Origin: Octopus bimaculoides
Taxonomy: Eukaryota
NCBI RefSeq assembly: GCF_001194135.2
Contig: NC_068982.1
Location: 21,781,973 to 21,845,972 of the forward strand
Reading direction: 5' to 3'
DNA: 64,000 bases
The notes under the pieces were generated by a model. The model ran no database searches. It saw only the letters and a list, made by a program, of their open reading frames with translations, and was not told the DNA's origin. Within the stretch, counting starts at the first letter, position 1. Every line of letters begins with the position of its first letter. Positions 24,216 to 37,867 of the stretch are shown here, piece after piece. The position numbers were made by a program, and so were the translations under genes.

Positions 24216-25611
24216 AATAAATAAATTGATATGCCGTTATTTGCTTTTTAAAGGTCTGGATGTAATCGAAAACTGTATATTACTGGTACTTTTTTTAAAG
24301 ATTCTCCTGTCCTTGTAGTTGCCGTTGTTTCTCTTTTCGTCGTTTTTAAGTTCCGCGTTAACTCTGATCCATGAGTCACATGATCATAATCCAAACTTCC
24401 TGTCATGCCGATGACATTTTGTTGTTGTTTTGCAAGTATTTTGGACCCTATTAACAAACTTGCACTTCCATTTTTGATTTTAAAGATAATAGGCTATAAT
24501 TTAAAGGAGAATTTGTTGATATTTTTAGCTTGTCAAGCGACAAAGCATTGAAAGGCCTCTTAGTTGGCTTCGCTCAAAATGAAGAAAAACAAAGATGACT
24601 CATGTAGTCTTGGGGAATGGTTGAAGGTGGTGGTGGTGGCGGCGGCGGCGGCGGGGTAAATTCATACCGCCAGAGGGCATGATTACATGCCGTAAACTGC
24701 TGCGAGCCTTTATGTGTTAGATATTCCTCTGCCAACAACTTCCTAATTAATTACTAACGTTTATTTAGTATTTATCACGTGGTCTTTGCTCATAAACAAT
24801 AATGTGACGAACTAAATGCGTTACAGTATTTTGTTTAGATGTTTTGCATCGTAATTTCCAATAATACTAAGGTCAATTGCATCTTCACCGTGTAATAGGT
24901 ATGTCAGTATCGATTTTCGTATAAAAATTGGTCGTGTTCCTAGTTAACAGAAATCGATATTTATACGCTGTTTTTGATATAACCGTAATGGACGTGTTAA
25001 TTAAATCCCACACGAGTCAAGACTGATACACAGCTGTTAATATTCTACACATGCGCTTATACGCATGTGTGTACGTGCGTGTGTGGTGTGTCCTTGTGCG
25101 TGTGTGTGTTTAATGAGTTAGTCAGGTGAAAGAGCAGCACTTATTACACTTTTAAGGCATCAATGACAGGTGAGAAGAGGGGGGAAAGTTATTCTCGTAT
25201 CGTTGACCTGGAACGGATGTTTGCAATAGAGTGGACGCCATTAAAGAAACCCAAGTGTCAACAGTGTGTGTTAAATCGAATGAGAGATTACGCATACCAC
25301 TCAAAGATAATAACGTTCCATCCGACAGGCATCGAATAAATTCGATATACCACATTTCATTGACAAGGCTTTAATTGACCGGAGTTACTGCGTTGACGGT
25401 TGGAACTCAGAACCATTTCTAAATAGTCATGTAGCTGCGCAGCGAAATCTTTAACCACACAGCTACTTTGATTTCATTCTCGTTTAATCCCATGTCATAC
25501 TTGATATAGAATATCTAAGGCCATAGAAAGGTCCATCTGTGATAATCCTGTCGACTTAGATATCAACGAATACACTGTTCAATGCAGATGAAGTGTGGTT
25601 TGCGATGGCGC

Positions 25612-25684
25612 ATGGAAAGCCCATTAGATAGGGAAGCCCATTAGATATGGAAGCCCTTTAGATATGGAAGCCCATTAGATATGG
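25612..25684. repeat. 17-bp minisatellite, 4 units (ATGGAAGCCCATTAGAT)
   Basis: Units start at 25612, 25630, 25647, 25664. Confidence 0.9.
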
Positions 25685-26989
25685 TTAAGCATTTCTATTA
25701 AAGAATGAAACTATTACTTCATTATTTTGAAGTTGATCCCATTTTTCTCGGTTGTTTAGTTAGCCACATCCGACGGGTTCTTCCTATGTGCCATTACATT
25801 TGAGGAGAATTCCACACAGCCATTTCTGCTAAATGATGTGACTACGCAGAGGTTTCCATACAATTTTTTTAATTATGACTGGTGCGAAATCACCCCAGGA
25901 GATCCTGAAAAAAATTTAACTTTTGAAAATAGAAAGAGAGAAAGGAAGAAAGGAAGAAGGAAAGAAAGAAAGGAAGAAGGAAAGAAAGAAAAGAAGATAA
26001 CTACTTTCGTATATTTTATCTAGAATCATCACTTAAACAGTTATTATTTTTTAGTTGAATGTTAGAGAGTTCTATGTTTTCTCATGAAATAACTTCTTGT
26101 ATCACAGCAGCTTTATTCAACCCTTGCCCGTAAAGCTACAAATAAGAATCAACACAAAAAAGCGGCAATGAAATGTAGAGAGGAAACTGATCGTATTATC
26201 TCTGTATTAAGTCACTATTCTATCTGCCCTTTAAAGCTAGAAATGAACATGCCTTTCTTTTTTATTTGTCTTTTTCTTTTAATCCCTTTCCAGTTTAATT
26301 CAAATTTTAACCACCCCCAGAGCCGCAAGCAGGAATTAAAACGCGAAACACAAACGATGGAACGTGTAATGTATTGAGAAAACAGCCGTATGTTTTTGCA
26401 CAAGTTAACTTCCACCAGCCCTCTTACCCGAGCAAATGAATGAACCCAGAAGCTATTTGACTATTAGGATTTGAGACAGAAAAGGTGGAAATAATACACG
26501 ATGAATATCGGAATAGTAAGAAGGGAGAAGATATATTATTCTGATTAGCAACTTCGGCATAAAGTGAGCTGTTGGAAATGAAAGACAAAAATGTTTGACT
26601 AGTATATATTCCATCAGATTCGACGACGAGCCGTCAGGTGTCCGACCATCCTAATAGTACCCGTAAAATTAGAGTGTACGTAGTTAGGCAGTCAGGGACA
26701 GATGTATTCTTAAAACAATTCTAACGCTAAGGAGGTTTGTTACAATGTAACAAACACTGGAATATTGAATTACAATTAAAATCCAGAGATGACGGGAGAC
26801 AGGGATAGAATAATCGATTCCAGTTACAAGAAGCTTAGGTACTTAATTCGGCAATGACCACTAAAGGCTAAAAGGTAAAGCTGACTGCGACAGCATTTGA
26901 AATTAGCATGCCGACATACGGAACTAACACAGCCTGGTAATCTATCCATCTCTGTAATGATTCCATTTTACCGAATTGGCTTAGTATGA

Positions 26990-27662
26990 TATTCTTTTAT
27001 ACCAACGGTACAAGGCCTGAAGCTTTGTGGCAGGTAGGTTGTCGATTAGACCGAGTCCAGTAATTAACTGGTACTTATTATATCGACCCCGTAAAAGATG
27101 AAAGGCAAAGTTGGCCTTGGCGGAATTTGAACTCAGAACGTAAAACTGGACGAAATGGCGCGAAGCATTTTGACCGACATGTTAACGATTTTGCCAGCTG
27201 GACGCCATCTGCTTTAGTAAAATATTATTTTCTACTGTAGGCACAAAACCTGAAATGTTGTGGGAGGAGATAAGTCGATTACAACGCACTGGTGCTTCAT
27301 TGTACTTAATTTATCGACCCCGAAAGGATGAAAAGCAAAGTCTACATCAGGCAGAATTTGAACTCAAAACGTAGCGACAGGCGAAATATCGCGATGCATT
27401 TTGTCCATCGTGCTATCACTACTGCTAGATCGCCACCATCTTTCTTAGTCTTTTCTACTCTAGGCACAAAGTCCGAAAATTTGGGGGAGGGGGCCAGTCG
27501 ATTAGATTGACCCCAGTACGCAACTGGTACTCAATTTATCGACCCCGAAAAGATGAAAGGCAAAGTCGACATCGGCGGAATTTGAACTGAAAACGTAGCG
27601 ACGGGCGAAAAACAGCGAAGTATTTTTTCCCGCGTGCTAACGATACGGCCACATCGCCGCCA
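26990..27662 (-). mobile_element. Head-to-tail trimer of SINE family A
   Basis: Three units of about 225 bp starting near 26990, 27223, 27449, each with tail, ATCGACCCCG..AAAG..GATGAAA and GAATTTGAACT. Confidence 0.85.
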
Positions 27663-28819
27663 CCTGTCTTAGTACAATATTAAAAATCATTCTATTTATA
27701 CAGAAACTATAAGTTATAATATTAAATACTAAGATGTTGACTTCTGAGATATTGAAAATCGAACGTAGATTAATAACATTTAAAAATGATAATTAAATGC
27801 CTATAATCGAGCACCTGTCGAACACTTTGCAACACCACATACAGAAAATAGGCACTCACTTATTTAAGTAAATATATCATGAAGTGAGATGGAGATGGAG
27901 GAATAAACGATCGGATCGAAGCACAAAATGTGACTGATTTTATAGCACCATTGCGTGTAACAGGAAGTGAGGAGAGATTCAGTTTGGATATTTAGAGATT
28001 AAATTAAATAATTAAATAAGCAATTAATAGCGATTTCTAAATTAGTCGTAGGAGAGATTTTGGGAAGACATTGGTGATATCACATTAGGAATATATATTC
28101 ATTCTGTAAGATGGCAGATGAAAAGCTACGGCGCCCTCTCAGGATTTAAGCTCGTAATCGAGGAAAATAAAATGGAATATTGCCGCATATTGGATTATTG
28201 GACACGCGAGGAATAGTTCCGGGATTTTTGAACAACGCAAACATGTGTATGCATGTCTGTCTGCTGTTGTATATGCATATGTAAGCATGAATGTAAGTGC
28301 GTATGTGCGTATGCACATATACAGGAAAGTCTTATTGCACATATCCATGCGCATATCTATATATATGTGTAGAAGTGTACATGTGTATGCAGGCTTGCAT
28401 TTATGCATCTACTTACGTATGTAACTCATAGGTGTTCATATACATATATGACTCCTTCTTATGTCGCTCCGTGTACTGCTGATGTATTCTAACTTAGTAC
28501 AACTTGTTACATGTTTGCGCTGTCAACGACTCAGACACCTACGCAAGGAAAGACTGATGCTGTTGTTACACACCGAACAGAATCTACAAAGGCCTGTCAA
28601 AAGAATAAATGGATGCAGCATATGATCTAGAACCATTTCACAAAATAGCATGAAAACAGTAATATACGAGAAAGAAAGAGAGAGGTATATATATATATAT
28701 ATACTGAATCAAAACATGAACAAGCAAGAAAAAACAACAAAAAACAACAACGACAATACGAGGACTTGGAATAAGTACAGTGTTATTGGACTCTCAGGAA
28801 AGGAAAGAAAAGAAAGATG

Positions 28820-28854
28820 ATTTCACGTTTCGAGCGGTGCTCTTCATCAGAAAT
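28820..28854 (-). ncRNA. Minimal hammerhead motif, second family (cleavage triplet GUG, likely dead)
   Basis: Minus strand: AUUU-CUGAUGA-A-GAGC-acc-GCUC-GAAAC-GUG-AAAU. Confidence 0.6.
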
Positions 28855-28932
28855 ATAGAAAAAGTCCAAAGAAGAGAAGACGGAGAAAGAAATCGCCAAC
28901 GATACACACGCGGTCACATATTGATATATATA

Positions 28933-29545
28933 TTGGGTTGGTGCATAATTATTGCGGCTTTTTTTCAACAAATTTTATTCAACAAAAACAATAACATGTA
29001 ACAAAAACATATTTAAATGATTATTCCGGAGNNNNNNNNNNNNNNNNNNNNNNNNNNNNNNNNNNNNNNNNNNNNNNNNNNNNNNNNNNNNNNNNNNNNN
29101 NNNNNNNNNNNNNNNNNNNNNNNNNNNNNNNNNNNNNNNNNNNNNNNNNNNNNNNNNNNNNNNNNNNNNNNNNNNNNNNNNNNNNNNNNNNNNNNNNNNN
29201 NNNNNNNNNNNNNNNNNNNNNNNNNNNNNNNNNNNNNNNNNNNNNNNNNNNNNNNNNNNNNNNNNNNNNNNNNNNNNNNNNNNNNNNNNNNNNNNNNNNN
29301 NNNNNNNNNNNNNNNNNNNNNNNNNNNNNNNNNNNNNNNNNNNNNNNNNNNNNNNNNNNNNNNNNNNNNNNNNNNNNNNNNNNNNNNNNNNNNNNNNNNN
29401 NNNNNNNNNNNNNNNNNNNNNNNNNNNNNNNNNNNNNNNNNNNNNNNNNNNNNNNNNNNNNNNNNNNNNNNNNNNNNAGCTTCTGGTCGTCTCAACCAAT
29501 ATCTGGCTTCCAAGAGAAAAGCTGTTTATTTAAAGAGAAACCTAG
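28933..29545 (-). mobile_element. Mariner remnant, mostly hidden by an N gap
   Basis: TA followed by TTGGGTTGGTGCATAATTATTGCGG, similar to the recalled Hsmar1-type TIR TTAGGTTGGTGCAAAAGTAATTGCGG; the interior is a gap and the right boundary is uncertain. Confidence 0.55.
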
Positions 29546-29723
29546 TTTTTTTTTTTTTGTTTTTTTTGCAAGATCCGACCAATTATGCTCAGTTTCTTTA
29601 AATATGGAGACGAACAGATGGTGTTGTAAAATCCCCTTTCGGATAGAGGTCATACTTAAAGTTCACTTCCAATAAGCACAAGCACAAGCACGCGCGCGCA
29701 CACACACAAACACACACAAACGT

Positions 29724-30070
29724 TTGGTTCCCAACCACATGGTTTCGGGTTCGGTCTCACTGCGTAGCACCTTAGACAAGTGTCCTCTACTATAACCTCA
29801 GCCGACCAAAGTCTCGTGAGTGAGTTTGGTAGACGGAAACTGAAAGAAGCCCATCATACATATGTGTGTATGTGCATGTGTGCGTGTGCGTGTGTGCGTC
29901 TTTGCTGGCCAACACCGCTCGACAACCGGTGCTGGTGTGTTTACGTTCCCGTGGTTTGACTTTAATAACGAAGAAAAGAAGTACAGGGTTCGATTCATTC
30001 GACTAAATCTTCACGCAATGCCCCAGCATGGCCGCAGTCTAATGACTAAAACAGCTAAAAGATAAAAGAT
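29724..30070 (+). mobile_element. SINE family B
   Basis: CCAACCACATGGTTTCGGGTTC head, (TG)n centre, CCCCAGCATGGCCGCAGTCTAATGACT tail. Confidence 0.85.
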
Positions 30071-30148
30071 ATGAGCTGATGTTCTGTTCTAGGCGTTCCG
30101 AAATTGATAGGAAACAAGACTGAAAGCATGATATTTCGTTCTCTAGCG

Positions 30149-30301
30149 CAGTGCTCCGCTACCGGTGTGCCGCGGCACACTTGTGTCTCACGAGGCGATG
30201 CTTAGTGTGCCGCAGTGTAACCTGAATATAATTTTTTTTTTACCGCCAAATTTTGAAAAGAATATATGTGTACCGCAAATGGCTATAATTGCGGAGCACA
30301 G
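30149..30301. mobile_element. hAT (Charlie-like) MITE, 153 bp
   Basis: TIR CAGTGCTCCGCTA vs TTGCGGAGCACAG (2 mismatches); 8-bp TSD CTCTAGCG (30141-48) and CTCTAGAG (30302-09) fitting NTCTAGAN; subterminal GGTGTGCCGCGGCACAC. Confidence 0.8.
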
Positions 30302-30615
30302 CTCTAGAGCAGACGTTAACCAAGGCTGCGAATGTTGACGTTGATTTCATTTATTCATACATTCAATGGTGTGCTACACTTCATAAATATATAAAGTATA
30401 TAAAGCGTATGTGTATGTGTGGGAGGGGGTAGCTGTATGGGGTTTTTGTGAGTGTGATCTCATGCTACATTTATACTTCCGTAGATAGAGGCATTTAAAT
30501 ATATATTTAATTCATTTCTACATTTTGGGGGGAATATATTCGAAATTATAAATATACGCACAAATGCACACACACACATATATATACAGACACACACAAT
30601 GACACACACAATCAC

Positions 30616-30677
<62 letters not shown>

Positions 30678-31562
30678 ATATATGCACATATGCCTAAAGA
30701 TATACGGATATATCTGTATGTGTATACATNNNNNNNNNNNNNNNNNNNNNNNNNNNNNNNNNNNNNNNNNNNNNNNNNNNNNNNNNNNNNNNNNNNNNNN
30801 NNNNNNNNNNNNNNNNNNNNNNNNNNNNNNNNNNNNNNNNNNNNNNNNNNNNNNNNNNNNNNNNNNNNNNNNNNNNNNNNNNNNNNNNNNNNNNNNNNNN
30901 NNNNNNNNNNNNNNNNNNNNNNNNNNNNNNNNNNNNNNNNNNNNNNNNNNNNNNNNNNNNNNNNNNNNNNNNNNNNNNNNNNNNNNNNNNNNNNNNNNNN
31001 NNNNNNNNNNNNNNNNNNNNNNNNNNNNNNNNNNNNNNNNNNNNNNNNNNNNNNNNNNNNNNNNNNNNNNNNNNNNNNNNNNNNNNNNNNNNNNNNNNNN
31101 NNNNNNNNNNNNNNNNNNNNNNNNNNNNNNNNNNNNNNNNNNNNNNNNNNNNNNNNNNNNNNNNNNNNNNNNNNNNNNNNNNNNNNNNNNNNNNNNNNNN
31201 NNNNNNNNNNNNNNNNNNNNNNNNNNNNNNNNNNNNNNNNNNNNNNNNNNNNNNNNNNNNNNNNNNNNNNNNNNNNNNNNNNNNNNNNNNNNNNNNNNNN
31301 NNNNNNNNNNNNNNNNNNNNNNNNNNNNNNNNNNNNNNNNNNNNNNNNNNNNNNNNNNNNNNNNNNNNNNNNNNNNNNNNNNNNNNNNNNNNNNNNNNNN
31401 NNNNNNNNNNNNNNNNNNNNNNNNNNNNNNNNNNNNNNNNNNNNNNNNNNNNNNNNNNNNNNNNNNNNNNNNNNNNNNNNNNNNNNNNNNNNNNNNNNNN
31501 NNNNNNNNNNNNNNNNNNNNNNNNNNNNNNNNNNNNNNNNNNNNNNNNNNNNNNNNNNNNNN

Positions 31563-31601
<39 letters not shown>

Positions 31602-31976
31602 GCTTAATGATTCGTATAACAAAGCTGTGACTACAATTAAAGGGAAAAGAGTACTCAATATAGCTGAGTGGAATGATATATACATTTATATCTATATACT
31701 TGCGCACACACATATATATATACATATACACATATATACTTATATATGTATGTATGTATGTATGTATGCATGTATATATGCATACAATCATCCCTGCACA
31801 TAGACATATATAAACGTGTGATTTTATGAGAGGGATGAGGAAACAGAGGAAGAGAGAGATACGCATCAAACCTCGGACGAAATCAGATAAATTCCTCCAT
31901 AGGAATGTTGACAAATAAAAATAAGTAAAATAAATAAATAATAACAACGACAACAACAACAACAACAACAACAGAA

Positions 31977-32018
<42 letters not shown>

Positions 32019-32838
32019 GTAAACTGAAGTCGTAAAAGTGACTAGACCATTAAAAACATTGAATTTCTTGTTAAGTGGTAGGCTGAAGCTGAGAGAGAGG
32101 CTCTCTTGCGAACGTGAGAGAGCTTATGAGAGCATGGGTACTTTTTATGTTTTCGCTATCTTCATGAATTTCTTTCTGTTTTGTTCTGAAAGTATATAAA
32201 ACATATTCAAAATGTTATGAAATAAATTGAAAAAAAAAATAAATAAAATTAGAAAGTATAAGTAAATATGAAAATATTCTAGAAAAAAAAAATTAATAAT
32301 CTGCAGAATATAGATTATCCAAATCATCATAAAAGTTTGAATAAATTATATGATACATTTCATTTCTCAGGTAATACATATATATTCATTTTCCTATTCT
32401 GCTCCATTCGAGTCTCTCTCTCCCCTTCTCTGTTCCCTCTCTCTCTTCCTATTTCCCTCTTTATATCTATATTACTGAGGCCTGCTTTCATTGACACATT
32501 CTTATCACATAATTCTGCTTCGAATACTTTCTTTTAATAAATGTATATAAATATGTATATATATTCGGGAATGCATAGCATTCCTTCAGAAATATATTAT
32601 ATACATGATTATAAACAATGTATAAATGCATAAATAGCTATGAATAAAAACTCATCTACATATATACGTAATGATATATAAGTATATATTATATATGTGC
32701 ATATACAGGTACATATGCATATGTATATATACAGATACTTATATCTGCATAGATGTATACAGACGTATACATTCATGCGCATATGTAACAGACGGAGCGA
32801 GAAATAGATTAAATTTTATATATATATATATATATATA

Positions 32839-32869
<31 letters not shown>

Positions 32870-32904
32870 CTGTGTGTGTGTGTGTGTGTGTGTGTCTGTG
32901 TCTC

Positions 32905-32938
<34 letters not shown>

Positions 32939-33157
32939 NNNNNNNNNNNNNNNNNNNNNNNNNNNNNNNNNNNNNNNNNNNNNNNNNNNNNNNNNNNNNN
33001 NNNNNNNNNNNNNNNNNNNNNNNNNNNNNNNNNNNNNNNNNNNNNNNNNNNNNNNNNNNNNNNNNNNNNNNNNNNNNNNNNNNNNNNNNNNNNNNNNNNN
33101 ATATATATACATATATATACATATATATATACGTATATATACATGTATATATGTATG

Positions 33158-33200
<43 letters not shown>

Positions 33201-33733
33201 GTAAAAATATATATAACGACCCTGTATCACGTAAACGCCCACACACGTGGTTTGATAGGTGTGTGCATGACTTATTTGAGTGTCTACTTATGTATATATT
33301 GTGCATATATATATAAAGCACAACACTTGTATATATACACACATATAAATATACACTTATATATACAGGCTTACATACCATCACACACATGGCAATGTAA
33401 CTGTTTACGAAAACTCAGACATAGAGTGACATGTATAAGGAACAAGTTATATAATGCACGTATATAAATTGAAGGGGTGCGAGAAATGGAGAAAAAAAGC
33501 AATGCACGTTGAGAAATGTAAGACCGGTAGAACGTATGGAGAACAGTGAATAGGAAGAAAGATGAAAATAGTGAGGATGGGGTATATGGGTGGGTGTGTT
33601 TTCAGCTTTTCTAAAATGTAATTACTCTAATACTGAAATATGGAAAAATCGATCACATACGTAAAAATGCTGAAAAAGCATTTCCTGCGTCATATAATAG
33701 AGACAGATATACAAGCACGGATCTGTACAGGCA

Positions 33734-33734
<1 letters not shown>

Positions 33735-33792
<58 letters not shown>

Positions 33793-33809
33793 ATATATAT
33801 ATATATATA

Positions 33810-33858
<49 letters not shown>

Positions 33859-34150
33859 GTCTGTCTATTTATCTATATATCTATCTATCTATCGATCGAT
33901 CTATCTATCTATCTATCTCACTATCGATCTCTCTATCTATCTACACATATGAACACACACATATGTATGTATGTCTCTCTAACGTCTGCCTGTCTATTTA
34001 TCTCTCTATCTCTCTCTTTCTCCATTTCTGTTTTTCTATCTATATATTTATCTGTCTATTTGTGTGTGTGTGTATATGTGTGCGTATGCGTGCGTGCGTG
34101 TGTCTATATACAAATATGTGTGTGCGCGTCTGGATGTATATATATGAATA
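33735..34150. repeat. (ATCT)n/(AT)n/(GT)n compound microsatellite
   Basis: Directly visible. Confidence 0.9.
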
Positions 34151-34493
34151 TAGAACTATGTATATATATATTCTCATCTGTATTTCTTTGAATATGTCTA
34201 GATATATACCTTTACTGTAAGCCTTTACCTCTGTTCACTCATTTTGTTACACGATATCTTATGCTTAATTAAGCATAAATGATCATTTCGTTTTATACCA
34301 CTTCTACCGAATTCATCAATTTGGCAGCTCTAAGATATGCTGACGCATAGAACTTCTCTACAGCTCCAGTGTTTCACGCGCATGCGCATGCCTGTATATA
34401 AATATTCACTGATGCACAGGCACCAAATATATGGTTATATTTATGTGTATATGCATGCGCGCGTGTATGTGCGTGTATGCATGTGTGTGCGTG

Positions 34494-34534
<41 letters not shown>

Positions 34535-35149
34535 ATACATATATTTTAAAGTTTTTAATTAGCCGAGGTTTCAAAATTTTCTCTATGACCAGAGCCTTCG
34601 TGGTGGCACATATGGAACTTACTTAAAACTTGAGAAATTATTTCTTATGTAAAATTAATGGCAATCCTTTCTAGAATGTTCGATTTGTAACTAATATTAG
34701 AAGGTGAAAATGTGTATTTTCAAATAACCGTCCCATTAATCAGAGTGTGGNNNNNNNNNNNNNNNNNNNNNNNNNNNNNNNNNNNNNNNNNNNNNNNNNN
34801 NNGGGGGGGGGGGGTAATGCAATTGAAATAATTGTTGAAGTTTTAAGGGGTAATCTAATATAATGATATGATTTTCTTCGTATATATTATTAGTTGTCAA
34901 ATACTCTGAATTTCTTAAAATTCTACAAAAGGATTCTGAGATTTATTTATCATGGTATATTTGTATTCTACTTACATCTACTGGTATGTAATTGTTGGAA
35001 TTTAGACTTATTCCTTTATACTGAGTTCTTACTTGATATCTGCCAGGATTATTTCATCCTATGTTTTATTTTATATATATAAATTCAAAAAGATATCATG
35101 AACAAACGTCTTAGTTGCTGAAACAACTTTCATCGCATTATTGGACATA

Positions 35150-35291
35150 TATCCGTCTACCAAATCCACTCACAAGGCTTTGGTCGACCCGAGGTTATAG
35201 TTGAAGACATTTGCCCCAGGTGCCACGCAGTGGAACTGAACCTGGAACCATGTGGTTGCTAAGGAAGCTACTCTCAGCACACATCCACTCC
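35150..35291 (-). mobile_element. SINE family B, 5' half
   Basis: Reverse complement of the head through CCGTCTACCAAATCCACTCACAAGGC. Confidence 0.85.
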
Positions 35292-36766
35292 TATATATAG
35301 GCGCACACATACATATATACATATATACATACATGCGTACGTACATATATACATGCTAACATTACTTTTTTGACGAGGTTAAAATTAATGCTATGGTGAA
35401 AACAACGGCACTCAATTGATATAACATTGCTGAATACCTTAAAATGTACACCAAACCTAACACTTAAAGACCACAAAACAAAAGGTTTTCACCACATTTC
35501 AACAGTAGTACTGCGAAAAATTGTAAAAGTAAATATTAGTGTAGTATGTACGTCAATCCTAAAGAGTATTACTATTGACAAGAAATACGTCTCCTCTATT
35601 GAAATAACAGCAAATATACAATTAAAGCTTTCAGCAATATAATAAACTGTATGCTTTTAAAATTCAAACAATTTGACATTGTCGAGTTTTATTTCTCAAA
35701 AAACAATAAAAATGCCCTTCAATTAAAAGCATAAGAAGTCACAGAAGACTACACCATAATCAAAAACAAGGATATCTCTAGCACAACTAATGATTTACCG
35801 TGCTGAAGAGGAACAAAGGTTCTGCTATTATCTGCGAAACACTTACGCTTATACATTCGTGACATGCGTCACTCTCAAATTAAGTGATTTGAATTTAGGC
35901 ATTTATCGAGGCGATGGGTTGAGAGAAAATATATATATATGCGAAGACACCAATTCGAAACATTGAAGAAAAACAAACATGAACAAACATATATTATTAT
36001 ATCTATATTGAAAGAAATACACACACACACATATACACACACACACACGCACACACACACACACANNNNNNNNNNNNNNNNNNNNNNNNNNNNNNNNNNN
36101 NNNNNNNNNNNNNNNNNNNNNNNNNNNNNNNNNNNNNNNNNNNNNNNNNNNNNNNNNNNNNNNNNNNNNNNNNNNNNNNNNNNNNNNNNNNNNNNNNNNN
36201 NNNNNNNNNNNNNNNNNNNNNNNNNNNNNNNNNNNNNNNNNNNNNNNNNNNNNNNNNNNNNNNNNNNNNNNNNNNNNNNNNNNNNNNNNNNNNNNNATAT
36301 ATATATATATATATATATATAAATATACTAATATATATATGTTTCTATTTATGAATATGTGTATGTATACATATATATGTAACATGCATATACACACATC
36401 TATATATATATATAAATGTATATGCATACGTATATATATATGACTGTGTGTCTGGTTGTTCTGTACGTGTATGAGTGTGTGTATGAGTGTGTATGTGCGT
36501 GAGTCTGTATGGGTGTGTGTGAGTGTGTATATACACACACCAGGGATTCACGCGAGTATAAAACACGATGTAACACTGATAATGACCTTGGAACATTGAA
36601 GAAACATATCATTTACATTCACAAAGCCGGTTTTACAGACTCATTATTTTTGTCTAAACGCATAGAGGGTCTGTTTTGTAATTTTCTAAATATTGTGCGC
36701 ATATACATACACGAACAGATATCAATGTGTGTATATGTATATAGCCATATTCATACACGCACATGT

Positions 36767-36803
<37 letters not shown>

Positions 36804-37772
36804 ACGCTCAATATATATNNNNNNNNNNNNNNNNNNNNNNNNNNNNNNNNNNNNNNNNNNNNNNNNNNNNNNNNNNNNNNNNNNNNNNNNNNNNNNNNNN
36901 NNNNNNNNNNNNNNNNNNNNNNNNNNNNNNNNNNNNNNNNNNNNNNNNNNNNNNNNNNNNNNNNNNNNNNNNNNNNNNNNNNNNNNNNNNNNNNNNNNNN
37001 NNNNNNNNNNNNNNNNNNNNNNNNNNNNNNNNNNNNNNNNNNNNNNNNNNNNNNNNNNNNNNNNNNNNNNNNNNNNNNNNNNNNNNNNNNNNNNNNNNNN
37101 NNNNNNNNNNNNNNNNNNNNNNNNNNNNNNNNNNNNNNNNNNNNNNNNNNNNNNNNNNNNNNNNNNNNNNNNNNNNNNNNNNNNNNNNNNNNNNNNNNNN
37201 NNNNNNNNNNNNNNNNNNNNNNNNNNNNNNNNNNNNNNNNNNNNNNNNNNNNNNNNNNNNNNNNNNNNNNNNNNNNNNNNNNNNNNNNNNNNNNNNNNNN
37301 NNNNNNNNNNNNNNNNNNNNNNNNNNNNNNNNNNNNNNNNNNNNNNNNNNNNNNNNNNNNNNNNNNNNNNNNNNNNNNNNNNNNNNNNNNNNNNNNNNNN
37401 NNNNNNNNNNNNNNNNNNNNNNNNNNNNNNNNNNNNNNNNNNNNNNNNNNNNNNNNNNNNNNNNNNNNNNNNNNNNNNNNNNNNNNNNNNNNNNNNNNNN
37501 NNNNNNNNNNNNNNNNNNNNNNNNNNNNNNNNNNNNNNNNNNNNNNNNNNNNNNNNNNNNNNNNNNNNNNNNNNNNNNNNNNNNNNNNNNNNNNNNNNNN
37601 NNNNNNNNNNNNNNNNNNNNNNNNNNNNNNNNNNNNNNNNNNNNNNNNNNNNNNNNNNNNNNNNNNNNNNNNNNNNNNNNNNNNNNNNNNNNNNNNNNNN
37701 NACAACAGACGAGGACAGGTGGTGTAAATAACAAAAGGATGTATTAGTATGACGCTCAGGAATACGGAAAGT

Positions 37773-37807
37773 CTTTGACGTTTCGAGCTACGCTCTTCAA
37801 CAGAAAG
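37773..37807 (-). ncRNA. Minimal hammerhead motif, second family (core CUGUUGA variant)
   Basis: Minus strand: CUUU-CUGUUGA-A-GAGC-gua-GCUC-GAAAC-GUC-AAAG. Confidence 0.6.
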
Positions 37808-37867
37808 AATACGGAGACAAGGAGAAAAACACGGAGAAAAAAAAATGAATAGTGTTCAGTCAATATA

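Noticed and set aside
25612-25684. Short direct repeats as a CRISPR-like array (also 44643-44703 and 62340-62400)
   Set aside because: No spacers, eukaryotic context; these are ordinary minisatellites.
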